Source: an uncultured bacterium
GTDB taxonomy: Bacteria; Babelota; Babeliae; Babelales; Vermiphilaceae
Direction: 5' to 3'
Length of the DNA: 64,000 bases
Assembly: GCA_963701085.1 (NCBI GenBank)
Contig: OY969561.1
Location: 448,001-512,000, forward strand
Positions 1 to 10,798 of the stretch are shown here, one piece after another. The position numbers were made by a program, and so were the translations under genes. Position 1 is the stretch's first letter; each line of letters starts with the position of its first letter. The notes below the pieces were generated by a model. The model made no database searches and was not told the origin of the DNA. It saw nothing but the letters and a program-made list of their open reading frames with translations.

Positions 1-550
1 TTTGAACATGCGTATGGGTACCAACAACGCCACTCACGCGACCATCAAGAAAAAATGACATCGCCATTTTTTCCGAAGTTGCCTCCGCATGAAAATCAAC
101 AAGAATAATATTTGTTTTTTCTCGTAGCGTTTCAACAATTGCATCCGCTTTGTAAAACGGACAATCGATTAACTCTTTCATAAACACACGGCCCTGTAAA
201 TTCACCACACCAATGCGGTGACCTTCCACCATAAATGATGTTACTCCAACGCCGGGGGTTGCTGCGGGAAAGTTTGCAGGACGCAATAGATCACTGTTTT
301 CATCAAGGTAAGGGTAAATTTCTTTGTGTCTCCAAATATGATTACCGCTGGTGATAACATCAACGCCATTGTGTTTAAAAAAGCGCACATTTTTTGTGGT
401 AATACCTCGACCATGTGCGCAATTTTCACCATTAACAATAACCGCATTAATGTTATGCGTTTTTTTTATCTTATCAATATGCTTTTGGAATATTGCGCGC
501 CCAGCTGCACCAACAACATCTCCAATCATAAGTACTCGTAATGTATCCAT
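1..550 (-). CDS. ymdB: YmdB-like metallophosphoesterase (TIGR00282 family), runs off the window edge
   Basis: Not in the ORF track. Manual translation from ATG at 550 gives MDTLRVLMIGDVVG...VNGEN...TSGNHIW...DFHAEATSEK...VVGTHTHVQ. Lies directly downstream of rny, as is typical. Confidence 0.92.
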   Translation of the reverse strand, partial: MDTLRVLMIGDVVGAAGRAIFQKHIDKIKKTHNINAVIVNGENCAHGRGITTKNVRFFKHNGVDVITSGNHIWRHKEIYPYLDENSDLLRPANFPAATPGVGVTSFMVEGHRIGVVNLQGRVFMKELIDCPFYKADAIVETLREKTNIILVDFHAEATSEKMAMSFFLDGRVSGVVGTHTHVQ

Positions 551-552
551 AC

Positions 553-2118
553 TTACCTTGCATACTCAATTGAACGTTTTTCACGAATGACATTAACCTT
601 TATTTGACCAGGGAAGGTCATCTCTTGCTCGATTCTGCGAGCAAGATTATGAGCAAGTAAATTTGCTTGTTCATCATTAAGGCAATCTTCTTGAACAATA
701 ACACGTAATTCTCGGCCAGCTTGAACAGCGTAGGCTTTTTTTACACCGTCAAATGTTGCTGCTATTTCTTCAAGTTTTTCTAATCGCTTGATATACGCGG
801 TTAATGTTTCTCTACGCGCACCAGGACGCGATGCTGAAATAGTATCAGCTATAACAACTATAATTGCATAAATTGATGCGAATGGAACTTCTTCATGATG
901 GGCAGCAATAGCATTAACAACAATAGCATTTTCACCACAACGTTTTGCTATATCACCACCAATTGAAGCATGAGGGCCTTCTACTTCAGCGGTAACCGCT
1001 TTGCCAATATCATGTAATAAACCTGCACGTAAGGCCAATGAGCCATCGAGCCCCATTTCTTCTGCTATCATGCGAGCAAATACGCCTACTTCCTTACAAT
1101 GCACTAAAACATTTTGGGAATAACTGGTTCTAAAATGAAGCTTTCCAAGTAACGTAATAATTTCTGGATGAATGCCCTGTAAATTGAATTCAAGTACCGT
1201 ATTTTTACCATATTCTTGAATAATTTCTTCAATATCTTTTTCGCACTGAACAACAGTTTCTTCAATACGTGTTGGATTAATTCTACCGTCAACAATAAGC
1301 TTTTCCAAGGTACGAACAGCAACTTCACGGCGTATCGGATTAAAGCCAGATACGGTTATATCTGAAGATTCTCCAATAATGAACTCCATTCCGGTAGCCA
1401 TTTCCAAAGATTTAATATTTCTACCTTCTTTTCCAATAATTCTTCCCTTCATCTCTTCATTAGGAAGATGAACTATCCCGGATAAATAAGGAGCAACAAG
1501 ATCTGCTGTATATCGCTGCATAGCACTTACGACGATGCTAGTAGCTTTTTCTTTTGCTGTTTGACGCGCTTCTTCTTCAACTTTTTGTACATATTTCTGA
1601 CTAGCAAGACGAACTTCAGATTCAATGGTGCCAAACAATGCATTTTTTGCATCATCTTTTGACATACCACTAATTTGTTCCAGCTTTATAATAAGATCGC
1701 TGTAAAGTGTCTTTACCTTGGTATCATTTATGCGAACAGCATCTTCAAGACGAGATAAATTGCGCTCTTTTTGCTGCAACTCAATACGTAAATCATCGAG
1801 TTGGACTTCACGTTTTTCTAAATGTTCAGATTTGGTATTTAATTTTGTTTGAAGACGATCAATTTCTATGCGTTCACGCTTGAGTTCTAATTCAAACTCT
1901 TTTCTTTTGTGATACATTTCATCTTTAATTTTTATTAAAGCTGCTTGCTTTTCAGCATCAATATCACGTTTTGAATTTTTCAAACGATCTTTAGAATCAT
2001 TGAGTAAAAGTGAGGCTACTGCACTTTTTTTATATGCAAGCAACAAAAAAACCAGCGCAACAACAAAAGTTGCTACACTAGCACCTATAAAAAGAATAGA
2101 CATGTCTATCATGGGCAT
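553..2118 (-). CDS. rny: Ribonuclease Y
   Basis: N-terminal TM helix, coiled coil, KH motif (KGRIIGKEGRNI), HD motif (LLHDIGKA), and ISASRPGARRE. Confidence 0.97.
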   Translation of the reverse strand: MPMIDMSILFIGASVATFVVALVFLLLAYKKSAVASLLLNDSKDRLKNSKRDIDAEKQAALIKIKDEMYHKRKEFELELKRERIEIDRLQTKLNTKSEHLEKREVQLDDLRIELQQKERNLSRLEDAVRINDTKVKTLYSDLIIKLEQISGMSKDDAKNALFGTIESEVRLASQKYVQKVEEEARQTAKEKATSIVVSAMQRYTADLVAPYLSGIVHLPNEEMKGRIIGKEGRNIKSLEMATGMEFIIGESSDITVSGFNPIRREVAVRTLEKLIVDGRINPTRIEETVVQCEKDIEEIIQEYGKNTVLEFNLQGIHPEIITLLGKLHFRTSYSQNVLVHCKEVGVFARMIAEEMGLDGSLALRAGLLHDIGKAVTAEVEGPHASIGGDIAKRCGENAIVVNAIAAHHEEVPFASIYAIIVVIADTISASRPGARRETLTAYIKRLEKLEEIAATFDGVKKAYAVQAGRELRVIVQEDCLNDEQANLLAHNLARRIEQEMTFPGQIKVNVIREKRSIEYAR

Positions 2119-2129
2119 TCCTAATGCTA

Positions 2130-2276
2130 AACAGGCATAACACCTGTAGCTTAATTAACAATAATAAAATTAGTGTCGCAAGCAGAATATGTTAGCTTAC
2201 ACTAATGGAATGCACACAACAAGGAGATTGGTTCAAACTAACATTGCTACATTCATTACACAAGCAGTTACCTACG
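2130..2276 (-). ncRNA. ssrS: Candidate 6S RNA
   Basis: Lies between zapA and rny, the usual ssrS position. Rod-like pairings: 2169-2176 with 2199-2206, 2145-2150 with 2246-2251, and the ends. TTGAACC on the minus strand at 2230-2236. Confidence 0.5.
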
Positions 2277-2281
2277 TAATA

Positions 2282-2572
2282 TTATAAATTTAACAATGAT
2301 AGTTCTTGTTCAATATAATTTTTGAGAGCGACAACTTTCTGTTCGTTCTTACTATGTTCACGTTCGCAATGTAATAATCTGTCCGCGATACGTAATGCTG
2401 CCAGCACCGCTATCTTTTTTGCATCAGTAAGCGCAAAATGGTGACTAATTTCTTTCATAGAAGCATCTACCATTTCTGCTGCCTTCACTACCAATGCTTC
2501 AGATTGATCACTTGAAAGAACATAGTGCTCTTCAAAAATTTGTACCTTATAACTCTTTTTTTCATTCATCAT
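2282..2572 (-). CDS. zapA: Cell division protein ZapA
   Basis: VQIFEEHY...AAEMVDASMKEI...KIAVLAALRIAD pattern and gene context. Confidence 0.88.
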   Translation of the reverse strand: MMNEKKSYKVQIFEEHYVLSSDQSEALVVKAAEMVDASMKEISHHFALTDAKKIAVLAALRIADRLLHCEREHSKNEQKVVALKNYIEQELSLLNL

Positions 2573-2886
2573 AGTTGATTTTCATTCTCAACAATTGAAT
2601 CAATACTTTTTATTAAATCATCAAGAACTGAACGAGTCATAGAGCGCTCTTCTGTAAGCTCTTGAACATGGCCAGTTTCTTTTTGGATTGATTTTTCTAT
2701 TGCATTTAATTGGAAAGTTAATTGTGCATTACCTTCAAAAAGCGTATCATTTTCTGCTTTCAACCCAGCGAAATCGCTTTTTAATGAATCATACTTTGAT
2801 TGTAAGGTAGCAAGTTGCTCTTTTGCATTTTTAACCGTTACAATCAAAGTTTTTATTTTTTCTTCTAAAACTAACACTGCTTCCAT
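2569..2886 (-). CDS. Coiled-coil protein, ZapB-like
   Basis: Entirely heptad-rich; overlaps the zapA start. Confidence 0.55.
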   Translation of the reverse strand: MEAVLVLEEKIKTLIVTVKNAKEQLATLQSKYDSLKSDFAGLKAENDTLFEGNAQLTFQLNAIEKSIQKETGHVQELTEERSMTRSVLDDLIKSIDSIVENENQL

Positions 2887-2955
2887 AAGTCTCCCCTTTT
2901 AAAACTTCATTCTTGGAAGTAGTCTAATGATTCACGTAAAGCATTGTCAAGAAAA

Positions 2956-3303
2956 CTATTGTTTAGTTATCTCAACAATTTTAGAAAAGGCATTTGGCTC
3001 AAAAATTGATAATTGGCTGAGCATTTTTCTATTAAGCGCAACATTAGCAACTTTTAATCCATGTATAAACTTACTGTATGATGTTCCATGCGGACGTACA
3101 GACGCTGTAATACGAGAAATAAAAAGAGAGCGCATATCACGTTTGTACAGTTTTCTGCTTTTAAAAGCAAAAGCCCATGCACGCAACAGTGTTTCGTGTG
3201 CTCTTTTGAAAATATTTTTACGCTGGCCCCAAAAACCTTTGGCTTGACTAAGTAAGCGTTTGTGTCTTTTTTTCGTCGCCATCCCGCGTTTAACTCGTGA
3301 CAT
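2956..3303 (-). CDS. rplT: 50S ribosomal protein L20
   Basis: MSRVKRG...AKGFWG...LNRKMLSQL. Confidence 0.98.
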   Translation of the reverse strand: MSRVKRGMATKKRHKRLLSQAKGFWGQRKNIFKRAHETLLRAWAFAFKSRKLYKRDMRSLFISRITASVRPHGTSYSKFIHGLKVANVALNRKMLSQLSIFEPNAFSKIVEITKQ

Positions 3304-3337
3304 CGTTAATTCCTAATTTAATTGTTATTTAAATATA

Positions 3338-3553
3338 TTAATTTGGTAATAAAAGTTTAATTCTTGGCAAATCTGCCGCAGAAAAATACGTTGCTTGACG
3401 CAATTGTCTATTTGTTTTTGCACTAGCTCTTGTCATCAAGTGACGTCTATAAGCTTTGCCACGTTTAATTCTAACAACTTTTCCGCCTGTTTTTGAAAAA
3501 CGTTTTTTTGCAGAAGAGTTAGTTTTCATTTTAATTTTGGTCATTTTTGCCAT
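3338..3553 (-). CDS. rpmI: 50S ribosomal protein L35
   Basis: KMKTNSSAKKRF...RRHL; lies between infC and rplT. Confidence 0.95.
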   Translation of the reverse strand: MAKMTKIKMKTNSSAKKRFSKTGGKVVRIKRGKAYRRHLMTRASAKTNRQLRQATYFSAADLPRIKLLLPN

Positions 3554-3573
3554 TGTTCATCCCTATATTGTGC

Positions 3574-4116
3574 TTATTTTAAATAATAAATACGCGACCA
3601 CATTTTACCCATTTTTGAGTCTTGCTCTTGAACCAAATTATTCGCCCAATCATATTCCGCAAAACTGCTTTGTATTTTAGCAAAAAGTTCTGATCCACGC
3701 GTTTCTTTAGTTGTCATTTCCCGACCTCTAAAGGAAAGCGTTATTTTTACTCGCTTACCAGAGGTTAAAAACTGTACAGCTTGCTTGATTTTTGTTTGAT
3801 AATCATGCTCGCCAATCTTGGGACTCATTTTTATTTCTTTTACTTGAATAACCTTTTGATGCTTTTTAGCTTCAATAGTTTTCTTTTTCTTTTCATAAAG
3901 CACTTTGCCAAAATCCATGATTTTAACAACAGGTATACCGTCTTTACCTGTTTGTGCTATTAATACGAGATCAAGTCCCGACTCTTCTGCTTGACGCAAC
4001 GCCTGACTTCTACTTATAGTGCCGATATTTTCGCCATCTTGCGTTATAAGTTGAACATTTTCAGCACGAATTTGCTGATTAATTAACGGAGCGCCTTCTC
4101 TTTTGTCTTTCAACAT
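3574..4116 (-). CDS. infC: Translation initiation factor IF-3
   Basis: INQQIR...GLDLVLI...VVKIMDFGK...KEIKMSPKIGEHDY...FRGRE. Confidence 0.97.
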   Translation of the reverse strand: MLKDKREGAPLINQQIRAENVQLITQDGENIGTISRSQALRQAEESGLDLVLIAQTGKDGIPVVKIMDFGKVLYEKKKKTIEAKKHQKVIQVKEIKMSPKIGEHDYQTKIKQAVQFLTSGKRVKITLSFRGREMTTKETRGSELFAKIQSSFAEYDWANNLVQEQDSKMGKMWSRIYYLK

Positions 4117-4140
4117 ATACCTTTTTTACCAATCAATGAG

Positions 4141-5256
4141 TTACTCAAATTCTGTAGTACTTTCTTTTATTTGAACATCAAATTCTGGAGCAGCAACCAA
4201 AACATGTTTTTCTGCATCAATTGCTTCCATAACTTTTACATAAACCACATCAAAGGCTTGAGGATTTTTCAAATACTGCAATACCTGATCCCTACCTTGA
4301 GCAATTTTTGTATCGTTAAATGCAAACCATGAACCAGACTGAATAATAATTTTAAAGTGTAAAGCTGCATCAAGAAGATCAAGTTCTCGACTAATACCTT
4401 CACTAAACAATAAGTCTAATTCAACTTGCTTAAATGGTGGAGCCACCTTGTTTTTTACAACACGAACTCTCACGCGATTACCAATATTTACATCATTTTT
4501 TTTAAGACTCGCTATTCTGCGAACATCAAGTCGTACTGATGCATAAAATTTTAATGCATTACCACCAGTTGTTGTTTCTTTATTTGCAAACGGCATAGCA
4601 CCAATATTTTGGCGAATTTGATTAATAAAAATAAGTACGGTTTTTGATTTATGAATCACAGGGGTTAATTTACGTAAAGCTTGAGACATAAGTCTTGCTT
4701 GTAAGCCCATATGAGAATCACCCATGTCGCCTTCAAGTTCTGCCTTTGGTACAAGCGCAGCAACTGAATCAATAACAATAACATCAATAGCGCCTGATCG
4801 GATAAGCATTTCTGTAATATCAAGGGCTTGCTCACCATAATCAGGCTGGGAAATAATTAACTCATCGGCATTAATACCCAAGTTTTTTGCATAGGTAACA
4901 TCTAACGCATGCTCAGCATCTATAAATGCACAAATACCGCCACGTTTTTGCGATTGAGCAATAACATGCATAGCCAATGTTGTCTTACCAGATGCTTCCG
5001 GTCCGAATATTTCAATAATTCTACCAACCGGTAATCCGCCTATTCCAATCGCACGATCAATAAGGATAGATCCTGTTGAAATAGCCTCTATATTATTGTT
5101 ATTGGACTCTCCAAGTTTCATAACAGCACCACTACCATACTGCTTATCTATTTGGGAAAAAGTTACTTCAAGCATCTTTTTCTTCATAGACTGTTCGGTC
5201 TGAGTTTTCTCTTTTGCACGCTCTTCTGGAGCTGCAGGTGTTACTTTTATTTTCAT
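4141..5256 (-). CDS. recA: Recombinase RecA
   Basis: [44 protein letters not shown]. Confidence 0.99.
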   Translation of the reverse strand: MKIKVTPAAPEERAKEKTQTEQSMKKKMLEVTFSQIDKQYGSGAVMKLGESNNNNIEAISTGSILIDRAIGIGGLPVGRIIEIFGPEASGKTTLAMHVIAQSQKRGGICAFIDAEHALDVTYAKNLGINADELIISQPDYGEQALDITEMLIRSGAIDVIVIDSVAALVPKAELEGDMGDSHMGLQARLMSQALRKLTPVIHKSKTVLIFINQIRQNIGAMPFANKETTTGGNALKFYASVRLDVRRIASLKKNDVNIGNRVRVRVVKNKVAPPFKQVELDLLFSEGISRELDLLDAALHFKIIIQSGSWFAFNDTKIAQGRDQVLQYLKNPQAFDVVYVKVMEAIDAEKHVLVAAPEFDVQIKESTTEFE

Positions 5257-7178
5257 TCTGAATATTCTTCGCCAGCTATAAGTATTGACTCGTTAGTTTC
5301 TATTGTAGCATTTCTATGCAAAGAAGCAACAAAGCTCTCTACTTGTGCCTTCATACGACTAGGCTCAGCATGAGATTTTACCTCTTTTTGTGCGGCAAGA
5401 AGGTCATTTTGACTGTATTCCTCAATAGTATCCACTTTTATCAAAAAGCTCGTTCTATCGCCATTATGAACCAAAATAGTACCTTTTTTATCAAGGCTAA
5501 GCATTGCTCTCGCCGGGAGGCCCTTTTTGTCGAGCTCTTGCATTTTTTTGCTATCACTTGGCTGAATAAGGCCAATATGATGTAATGTAGCATTGTACTT
5601 CTTAGCAATAGCATCAAAAGAAGTTTCAGTTGCAGCCTCTTGCGCTTCTTGCACCATGTTTATCATTGCTGCATGCGCACGCTCTTGGCAAAGATCTTCC
5701 TTAACTACGTCCTTAATAGAGTTAAACTCTGGGAGATTGCGCTCTGCAATATTTGTTAACAAAACAGCTATACCTGTTTCATTTTCTACAAAAAACGCAT
5801 ATTCTCCTTTTTTTAGTCCAAACAGCTCTTGTGAAAGGAGTGTATCATTTTTAATAATACCCAAAGCAATCTCTTTTTTACCTGCTTTTTGGGCAATAAA
5901 TGATTCTACTTGCCTAGAATCACCTTTGAGAGCCACCGCTTTTAAATCTTTCACAAAGTTTTTCTTAAACTGTTTTTCCATCAAAATATCTTTTATCTCA
6001 TTTTTAACGGAAAGCAACGGTTTATAGGTACGCGGAATACGTTTAACAAGCCGTATAATTACTTTTTCACCCTTTGTATCTATCACTGATGAAATATCGC
6101 CAACATTGTGTAACAGGAATGCCTCTTTTTCAAAAGCTCCTTTTCTTTCACCGCGTGTAAAAGGCTCAACCGATTCCCATTTTTTTGCCCAAGGTGAAGA
6201 TGGATTATTTTCTATCTCTTCCTTTACCATTTCAAGCGATAAATCAGGGTAATTGGATAACTGTTTTTCAGTAATTTGTTGTACATGAATTTTGATAGGA
6301 TCAAGCACGTACTTGCTTACTTTATTATCTTCATAATACTGACTAATGTGTTCTTCAGAAATAGGTGCACCATAATTTTTTGCATTAAACTTCCAAACTA
6401 TTCCATCACGCTTTTCTGCTACCCAATAACGACGACGTTGATTATTTTCTTTGGTATAAAAAGCAAGAGCATCTTCATCGCTGACTCCTTTTTTCTTTTC
6501 TGCTGCTAAAAACGAATCTAATGAAAATGCAAGATATGAAAATTCTTTACCAAGATTTTGCGCTATAAATGTTTGTTCAATATCAAACAAAGGAACATAG
6601 CATGAAGATGCAATAAACTGCATAGCCTGCAATTGAGCGAGGCTCTGCTCTACCTTGCTTTCAAAATCGCGAATAGACATACCTTTATGTTTTAAAAACA
6701 TTTTCAGCTTTTCAGAATCTAATGCACCCGAAACATCAAAAAGAAATGGAGGTAAAATTCTTTGCAAATGACGACGTGCAAACTGTGCATCATTAATACT
6801 TTCAGCAATATAATCGGAATGAATTTCTATTCCCAAAGATTCAACAAACTGACGTAATAATGATGTTTTAACCAATACCTCAAATGCTAATGCTTTTGGA
6901 TCGGTTGGCCAATTCATCGCCTGCATCAAAAGATCTGCATATTGACCGTATTGAGCACGAATTTGCGCAATAAACTCACTTTGTTCAGCAATTTCTTGGG
7001 CAAATTCTTTATATGATACCTTTTCACGATTAACTTTCATTGCCCATGTAGAAATTCCTCCTTCATGCCTCAATAACGAAGGTATCGAAACCATACCAAG
7101 AGCCATAACAAGCACGATAAAAATGGCAATATATCGAAATGTTGATTGTTTAAACTGGTTGCGAATAGTGATAATCAT
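5253..7178 (-). CDS. PpiD/SurA-N-domain periplasmic chaperone
   Basis: N-terminal anchor followed by [14 protein letters not shown] (SurA_N-like); PpiD-like length. ATG at 7178 follows an AAAGG RBS. Confidence 0.7.
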   Translation of the reverse strand: MIITIRNQFKQSTFRYIAIFIVLVMALGMVSIPSLLRHEGGISTWAMKVNREKVSYKEFAQEIAEQSEFIAQIRAQYGQYADLLMQAMNWPTDPKALAFEVLVKTSLLRQFVESLGIEIHSDYIAESINDAQFARRHLQRILPPFLFDVSGALDSEKLKMFLKHKGMSIRDFESKVEQSLAQLQAMQFIASSCYVPLFDIEQTFIAQNLGKEFSYLAFSLDSFLAAEKKKGVSDEDALAFYTKENNQRRRYWVAEKRDGIVWKFNAKNYGAPISEEHISQYYEDNKVSKYVLDPIKIHVQQITEKQLSNYPDLSLEMVKEEIENNPSSPWAKKWESVEPFTRGERKGAFEKEAFLLHNVGDISSVIDTKGEKVIIRLVKRIPRTYKPLLSVKNEIKDILMEKQFKKNFVKDLKAVALKGDSRQVESFIAQKAGKKEIALGIIKNDTLLSQELFGLKKGEYAFFVENETGIAVLLTNIAERNLPEFNSIKDVVKEDLCQERAHAAMINMVQEAQEAATETSFDAIAKKYNATLHHIGLIQPSDSKKMQELDKKGLPARAMLSLDKKGTILVHNGDRTSFLIKVDTIEEYSQNDLLAAQKEVKSHAEPSRMKAQVESFVASLHRNATIETNESILIAGEEYSE

Positions 7179-7223
7179 ACTGTATACCTTTCTTTGAGAT
7201 CTTTTTTTATTGTTCAAAAAAAT

Positions 7224-7874
7224 TTAACAAACGCGAATACAAGCGTCTTTGATATTTTCTTCTTTTGCAAGTCTATCAACCAAAGCAGATAAATCATCTT
7301 TATTAGAATATTGGGCGGTTACCACCTGATACCAATAAGAAGTATTCCCTTTTACTGTTTTACTCATACGTTTTTTCACATCTGTTTCAATACCTTTTGC
7401 TGCAAGCTTTTTTACAAAGAGCTGCGCTGCTTTTTCTGTTCCAAATCCTATAAGCTGGGCATAATAACGTGTGTCCCCTGTACTATTTAATTGAGAACTA
7501 ACCTCTTGCTGAACAAAAGCAGGCTCATTAAAACTTACTAACTGAGATGGCGCATTGGAATCATCCTCACTGGTTACCAACAACATATCTTTTGTTGGCT
7601 GCTGATCTTCTTGAGGCGTACACAGTACCGTTGTATAAATTTTGTCCGCAAAAGCTTCTTGCTGCAACTTTTCGGTAAATTGCTCAACTGACTTTTTCTT
7701 ACCTAAAAAATATCCTGCCATAAAAACAGAAAATCCCAACAGCAAGCATACAGCTACAACAATGCTCAGTTGTCTGTTAGGTACAAAAAGTCCTTCATTA
7801 TCTAAACAATGACACATTTTACTGCCATTATTTTCGACTAATGTTTTTTTAAAAGAATCTTCCCATTTACTCAT
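7224..7874 (-). CDS. Membrane-anchored SPOR-domain protein
   Basis: TM segment ending FMAGYFLGK; C-terminal YYAQLIGF...WYQVVT SPOR-like pattern. Confidence 0.75.
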   Translation of the reverse strand: MSKWEDSFKKTLVENNGSKMCHCLDNEGLFVPNRQLSIVVAVCLLLGFSVFMAGYFLGKKKSVEQFTEKLQQEAFADKIYTTVLCTPQEDQQPTKDMLLVTSEDDSNAPSQLVSFNEPAFVQQEVSSQLNSTGDTRYYAQLIGFGTEKAAQLFVKKLAAKGIETDVKKRMSKTVKGNTSYWYQVVTAQYSNKDDLSALVDRLAKEENIKDACIRVC

Positions 7875-8851
7875 ATTTTTTTACCTATTATAGGTGACAA
7901 TCGTTTTAATAGTTCATTAATATATAAATGAATTTCTACATTCGTCAAGTTCACTGTTTCAAGACACCCAATGCAGCTACCAGTATACTGATTTTCTTTT
8001 TTTATTTCACGTTCTAACTTGCGCCAAAAAGTAAATTGTCTTTTTGCATATTGCCTTGTTTGCCCGCTTATCTTATCGACCATAGCTAAAAACGTTTCGT
8101 CAGTTTTTTCACCTGATAAATAATCAAAAATTTCACTATACCCAATAATGTTTTTATGTTGAATAAATTGTTTCCAGGGAGTGTGCTCAAGAGCTTTTGT
8201 CTCCTCAACCCATCCGCACGCAAACATTTCAAGAACACGCTGATTGATACGCTCTTTTAACTCTTGGCGATCTCGCTCCAAAAACATTATTAAAAAATCT
8301 GCTTCAGGTTTATAAACAGGAACATATGAAGAAGGCAATTTTCCTGTTGCATGCCAAATACTCAATGCACGTTTAATGCGATACTCATCAGCCTTATCAA
8401 TGCGTAACGCTCTTTGAGGATCAAGCTTATAAAGCTCTTGCCACAAATCAGTCTTTGATTTATAAAATGGTGTTATATCAACATCTTTTATAGCAGCTTG
8501 TGGTGGAAATAACAGTGAATGAACATAAAACCCGCTCCCTCCAACCAGAACAGGAAGGCGCCCGCGTTGCGTGATTTCTTCTACTTTTTTATACAATATT
8601 GTTCGATACTCAGCAGCCGTATAATTGACAGGTGTATCAATGATATCAAAAAGATGATGAGGAACAGGACTGTTTTTCCAATCAGGTTTAGCAGTGCCAA
8701 TAGAGAGGGGGGTATAAAATTGACCAATATCCATGTTAATGATTTCAGCAGGAACTATGTCAGCAATAGCAAGCGCTATATCTGTTTTGCCAACACCTGT
8801 TGGGCCGTAGAGAATTAACATAAATGGTTGTTTTTTTAATCTGTTCTTCAT
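7871..8851 (-). CDS. miaA: tRNA dimethylallyltransferase
   Basis: GPTGVGKT, SIGTAKP, VPHHLFD, VGGSGFY, TRQYAKRQFTF. Start placed at ATG 8851. Confidence 0.96.
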   Translation of the reverse strand: MKNRLKKQPFMLILYGPTGVGKTDIALAIADIVPAEIINMDIGQFYTPLSIGTAKPDWKNSPVPHHLFDIIDTPVNYTAAEYRTILYKKVEEITQRGRLPVLVGGSGFYVHSLLFPPQAAIKDVDITPFYKSKTDLWQELYKLDPQRALRIDKADEYRIKRALSIWHATGKLPSSYVPVYKPEADFLIMFLERDRQELKERINQRVLEMFACGWVEETKALEHTPWKQFIQHKNIIGYSEIFDYLSGEKTDETFLAMVDKISGQTRQYAKRQFTFWRKLEREIKKENQYTGSCIGCLETVNLTNVEIHLYINELLKRLSPIIGKKI

Positions 8852-8918
8852 AATACTATAAGCATACACGAAAGTTACTCTCTCGGTAACCTCATATATG
8901 CTTATATACATATTATTT

Positions 8919-9449
8919 CTAACGAACTAAGGCTGATTCGTTGGTTTGTTTTACTTTGTATCCAACTAATTCTTTTAATTGTTGAGCCGCATCGGCAACA
9001 TCTACTTTTGTGACTATTGCAATTTCTTCAATAAGAAGTCTTTCTGTTTGCTGTAATAAGCTTTTTTCACCGAATGAAAGCTCTTTGTTACCTTCGATAT
9101 GCCTAAGATCTCTATAAATTGCACACAATTCCAAGAGATTCCCACTGCGAAGTTTTCCTTGATACTCTTTATTGCGCTTGTTCCAATTACTGACTGCAGC
9201 ATCAAGCTGCTTTGCCATCACCGGTTGCGACAATAATTTAAAAATATCATTTATATATTCAGCGGAACTGAGAGGTCTAATTCCTACAGCGCTTGCATTA
9301 TCTGTCGGAACAAGAATAGTCATGTCTTTATTAAGAAATCGTAACTCAAAAAATTGTAATGATTTGCCTGCGATCTTTTTTTCAATAACACAGCTAATAA
9401 TAGCCACCCCATGACCCGGATAAACAACTTTCTCATTGCGAGCAAACAT
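8919..9449 (-). CDS. carD: CarD family transcriptional regulator
   Basis: EKVVYPGHGVAII...VGIRPL...NWNKR...KLRSG...LSFGEK. Confidence 0.93.
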   Translation of the reverse strand: MFARNEKVVYPGHGVAIISCVIEKKIAGKSLQFFELRFLNKDMTILVPTDNASAVGIRPLSSAEYINDIFKLLSQPVMAKQLDAAVSNWNKRNKEYQGKLRSGNLLELCAIYRDLRHIEGNKELSFGEKSLLQQTERLLIEEIAIVTKVDVADAAQQLKELVGYKVKQTNESALVR

Positions 9450-9571
9450 ATTCTACCCTTTCACAAAAAGGTAAAGCTTCTCGCAAGAACAGCTTTTTTA
9501 CACCGATAATAATCGTAACATAAATTCGTAAAACAATTAAGTCCCAATATTTTTATGTTAAAAATAGGTTC

Positions 9572-10618
9572 TTAAGAAATGGTGCAATCAAACAAACGCC
9601 GCACAACATCGTTCTCTTCTTCTCTTTCATTTTCGATTTCTTTGCCAGACCTCGCGCCATAGTTCTCCAACAACAGGACAACTTTATCATATTCAGGATC
9701 TTCTTGCGCTTTATCTAACATTTTATCCAGCAACCTAATGGGTATTATGTTACCGCAATCATCAGTATAACTACCCAACTCATAATTAAGATTATAATGA
9801 TTAGGATTATCCAACAATGCTTCTAACGCTTTAATACTTTTTTTAACACATGCTCGCTCTAAAAGTTTTTCATTAAGTAAAATATTAGCATCATTAAAAT
9901 GAACAATTATTTCAGTAAAATTGGAATCATCATAAATAGCATCAATTAATACTTTCATACATTTTCCGTGATCACAATCAACTGCTATTTTAAGAGCTTT
10001 TTCTACATTTTTTCTATCCGTCTCTCTAGACTCACTCACTATATCGCTGCTTCCTACAAGACAAGCCATAAGCAGCTCTGTAGGCTTACATTGATCGTGA
10101 ACTGAATTTGTAATAGTATATGATTCCAACAATTGCCATAATTGTTCATCACCAGTATGGTCAGTAACACAACACATATCTAATACTTCATGTTGATCTT
10201 GAGAGCTATCAATAGAATAATAAAGATGATGACTTTTAGTGCAGGGCAAACTATTCTTTAAACAACCAAGAATAGTACTCTTCTTTAAAATATTTTCCAC
10301 TCCTGCATAATTCCCAACATAAGCAGCATTCAAAAGAATACGAATCATGCGTGAATGATCAACATGACAAAAATCATTGCTAAAAATATCCGGTGACTTT
10401 ATCGATCCTTTGATATACCAATTTCTGTTTGTTTTTTGAAAGTTATTTTTATTATCTGAATGTTTAAAAACTATGAACTGCGTTTCAGGTATTAATTCAG
10501 TAAAGTAACTAAACGTTACTCCTGATTTTAGAGACGGAAACCAATTCATACCAAAAGATTGCTGACTAAAGAATAAAATACTTACTACAATGCGTGCCGT
10601 TAAAAATGATATTTTCAT
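9572..10618 (-). CDS. Secreted F-box-like/ankyrin-like protein with C-terminal CaaX (CTIS)
   Basis: Signal peptide ending SFG-M; F-box-like FTELIPETQFIVF...TNRNW; degenerate ankyrin repeats (LLMACLVG, LKIAVDCD, LLENYGA); ends DCTIS-stop. Confidence 0.6.
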   Translation of the reverse strand: MKISFLTARIVVSILFFSQQSFGMNWFPSLKSGVTFSYFTELIPETQFIVFKHSDNKNNFQKTNRNWYIKGSIKSPDIFSNDFCHVDHSRMIRILLNAAYVGNYAGVENILKKSTILGCLKNSLPCTKSHHLYYSIDSSQDQHEVLDMCCVTDHTGDEQLWQLLESYTITNSVHDQCKPTELLMACLVGSSDIVSESRETDRKNVEKALKIAVDCDHGKCMKVLIDAIYDDSNFTEIIVHFNDANILLNEKLLERACVKKSIKALEALLDNPNHYNLNYELGSYTDDCGNIIPIRLLDKMLDKAQEDPEYDKVVLLLENYGARSGKEIENEREEENDVVRRLFDCTIS

Positions 10619-10798
10619 ATTATTCCATGTAATAATTATTGCAATGCACATTATGGCTTTTTATAATACCATTTTTCATAAATAATTCAATAAGACAAAT
10701 AAGCTCATTGTCTTTCATGAATACACTCAAAAAAATAGCACATAAAAACAGCGTGAAACAAGAAGATTTAGTTAACTGTCATGCAACAAGTCAAAAAG

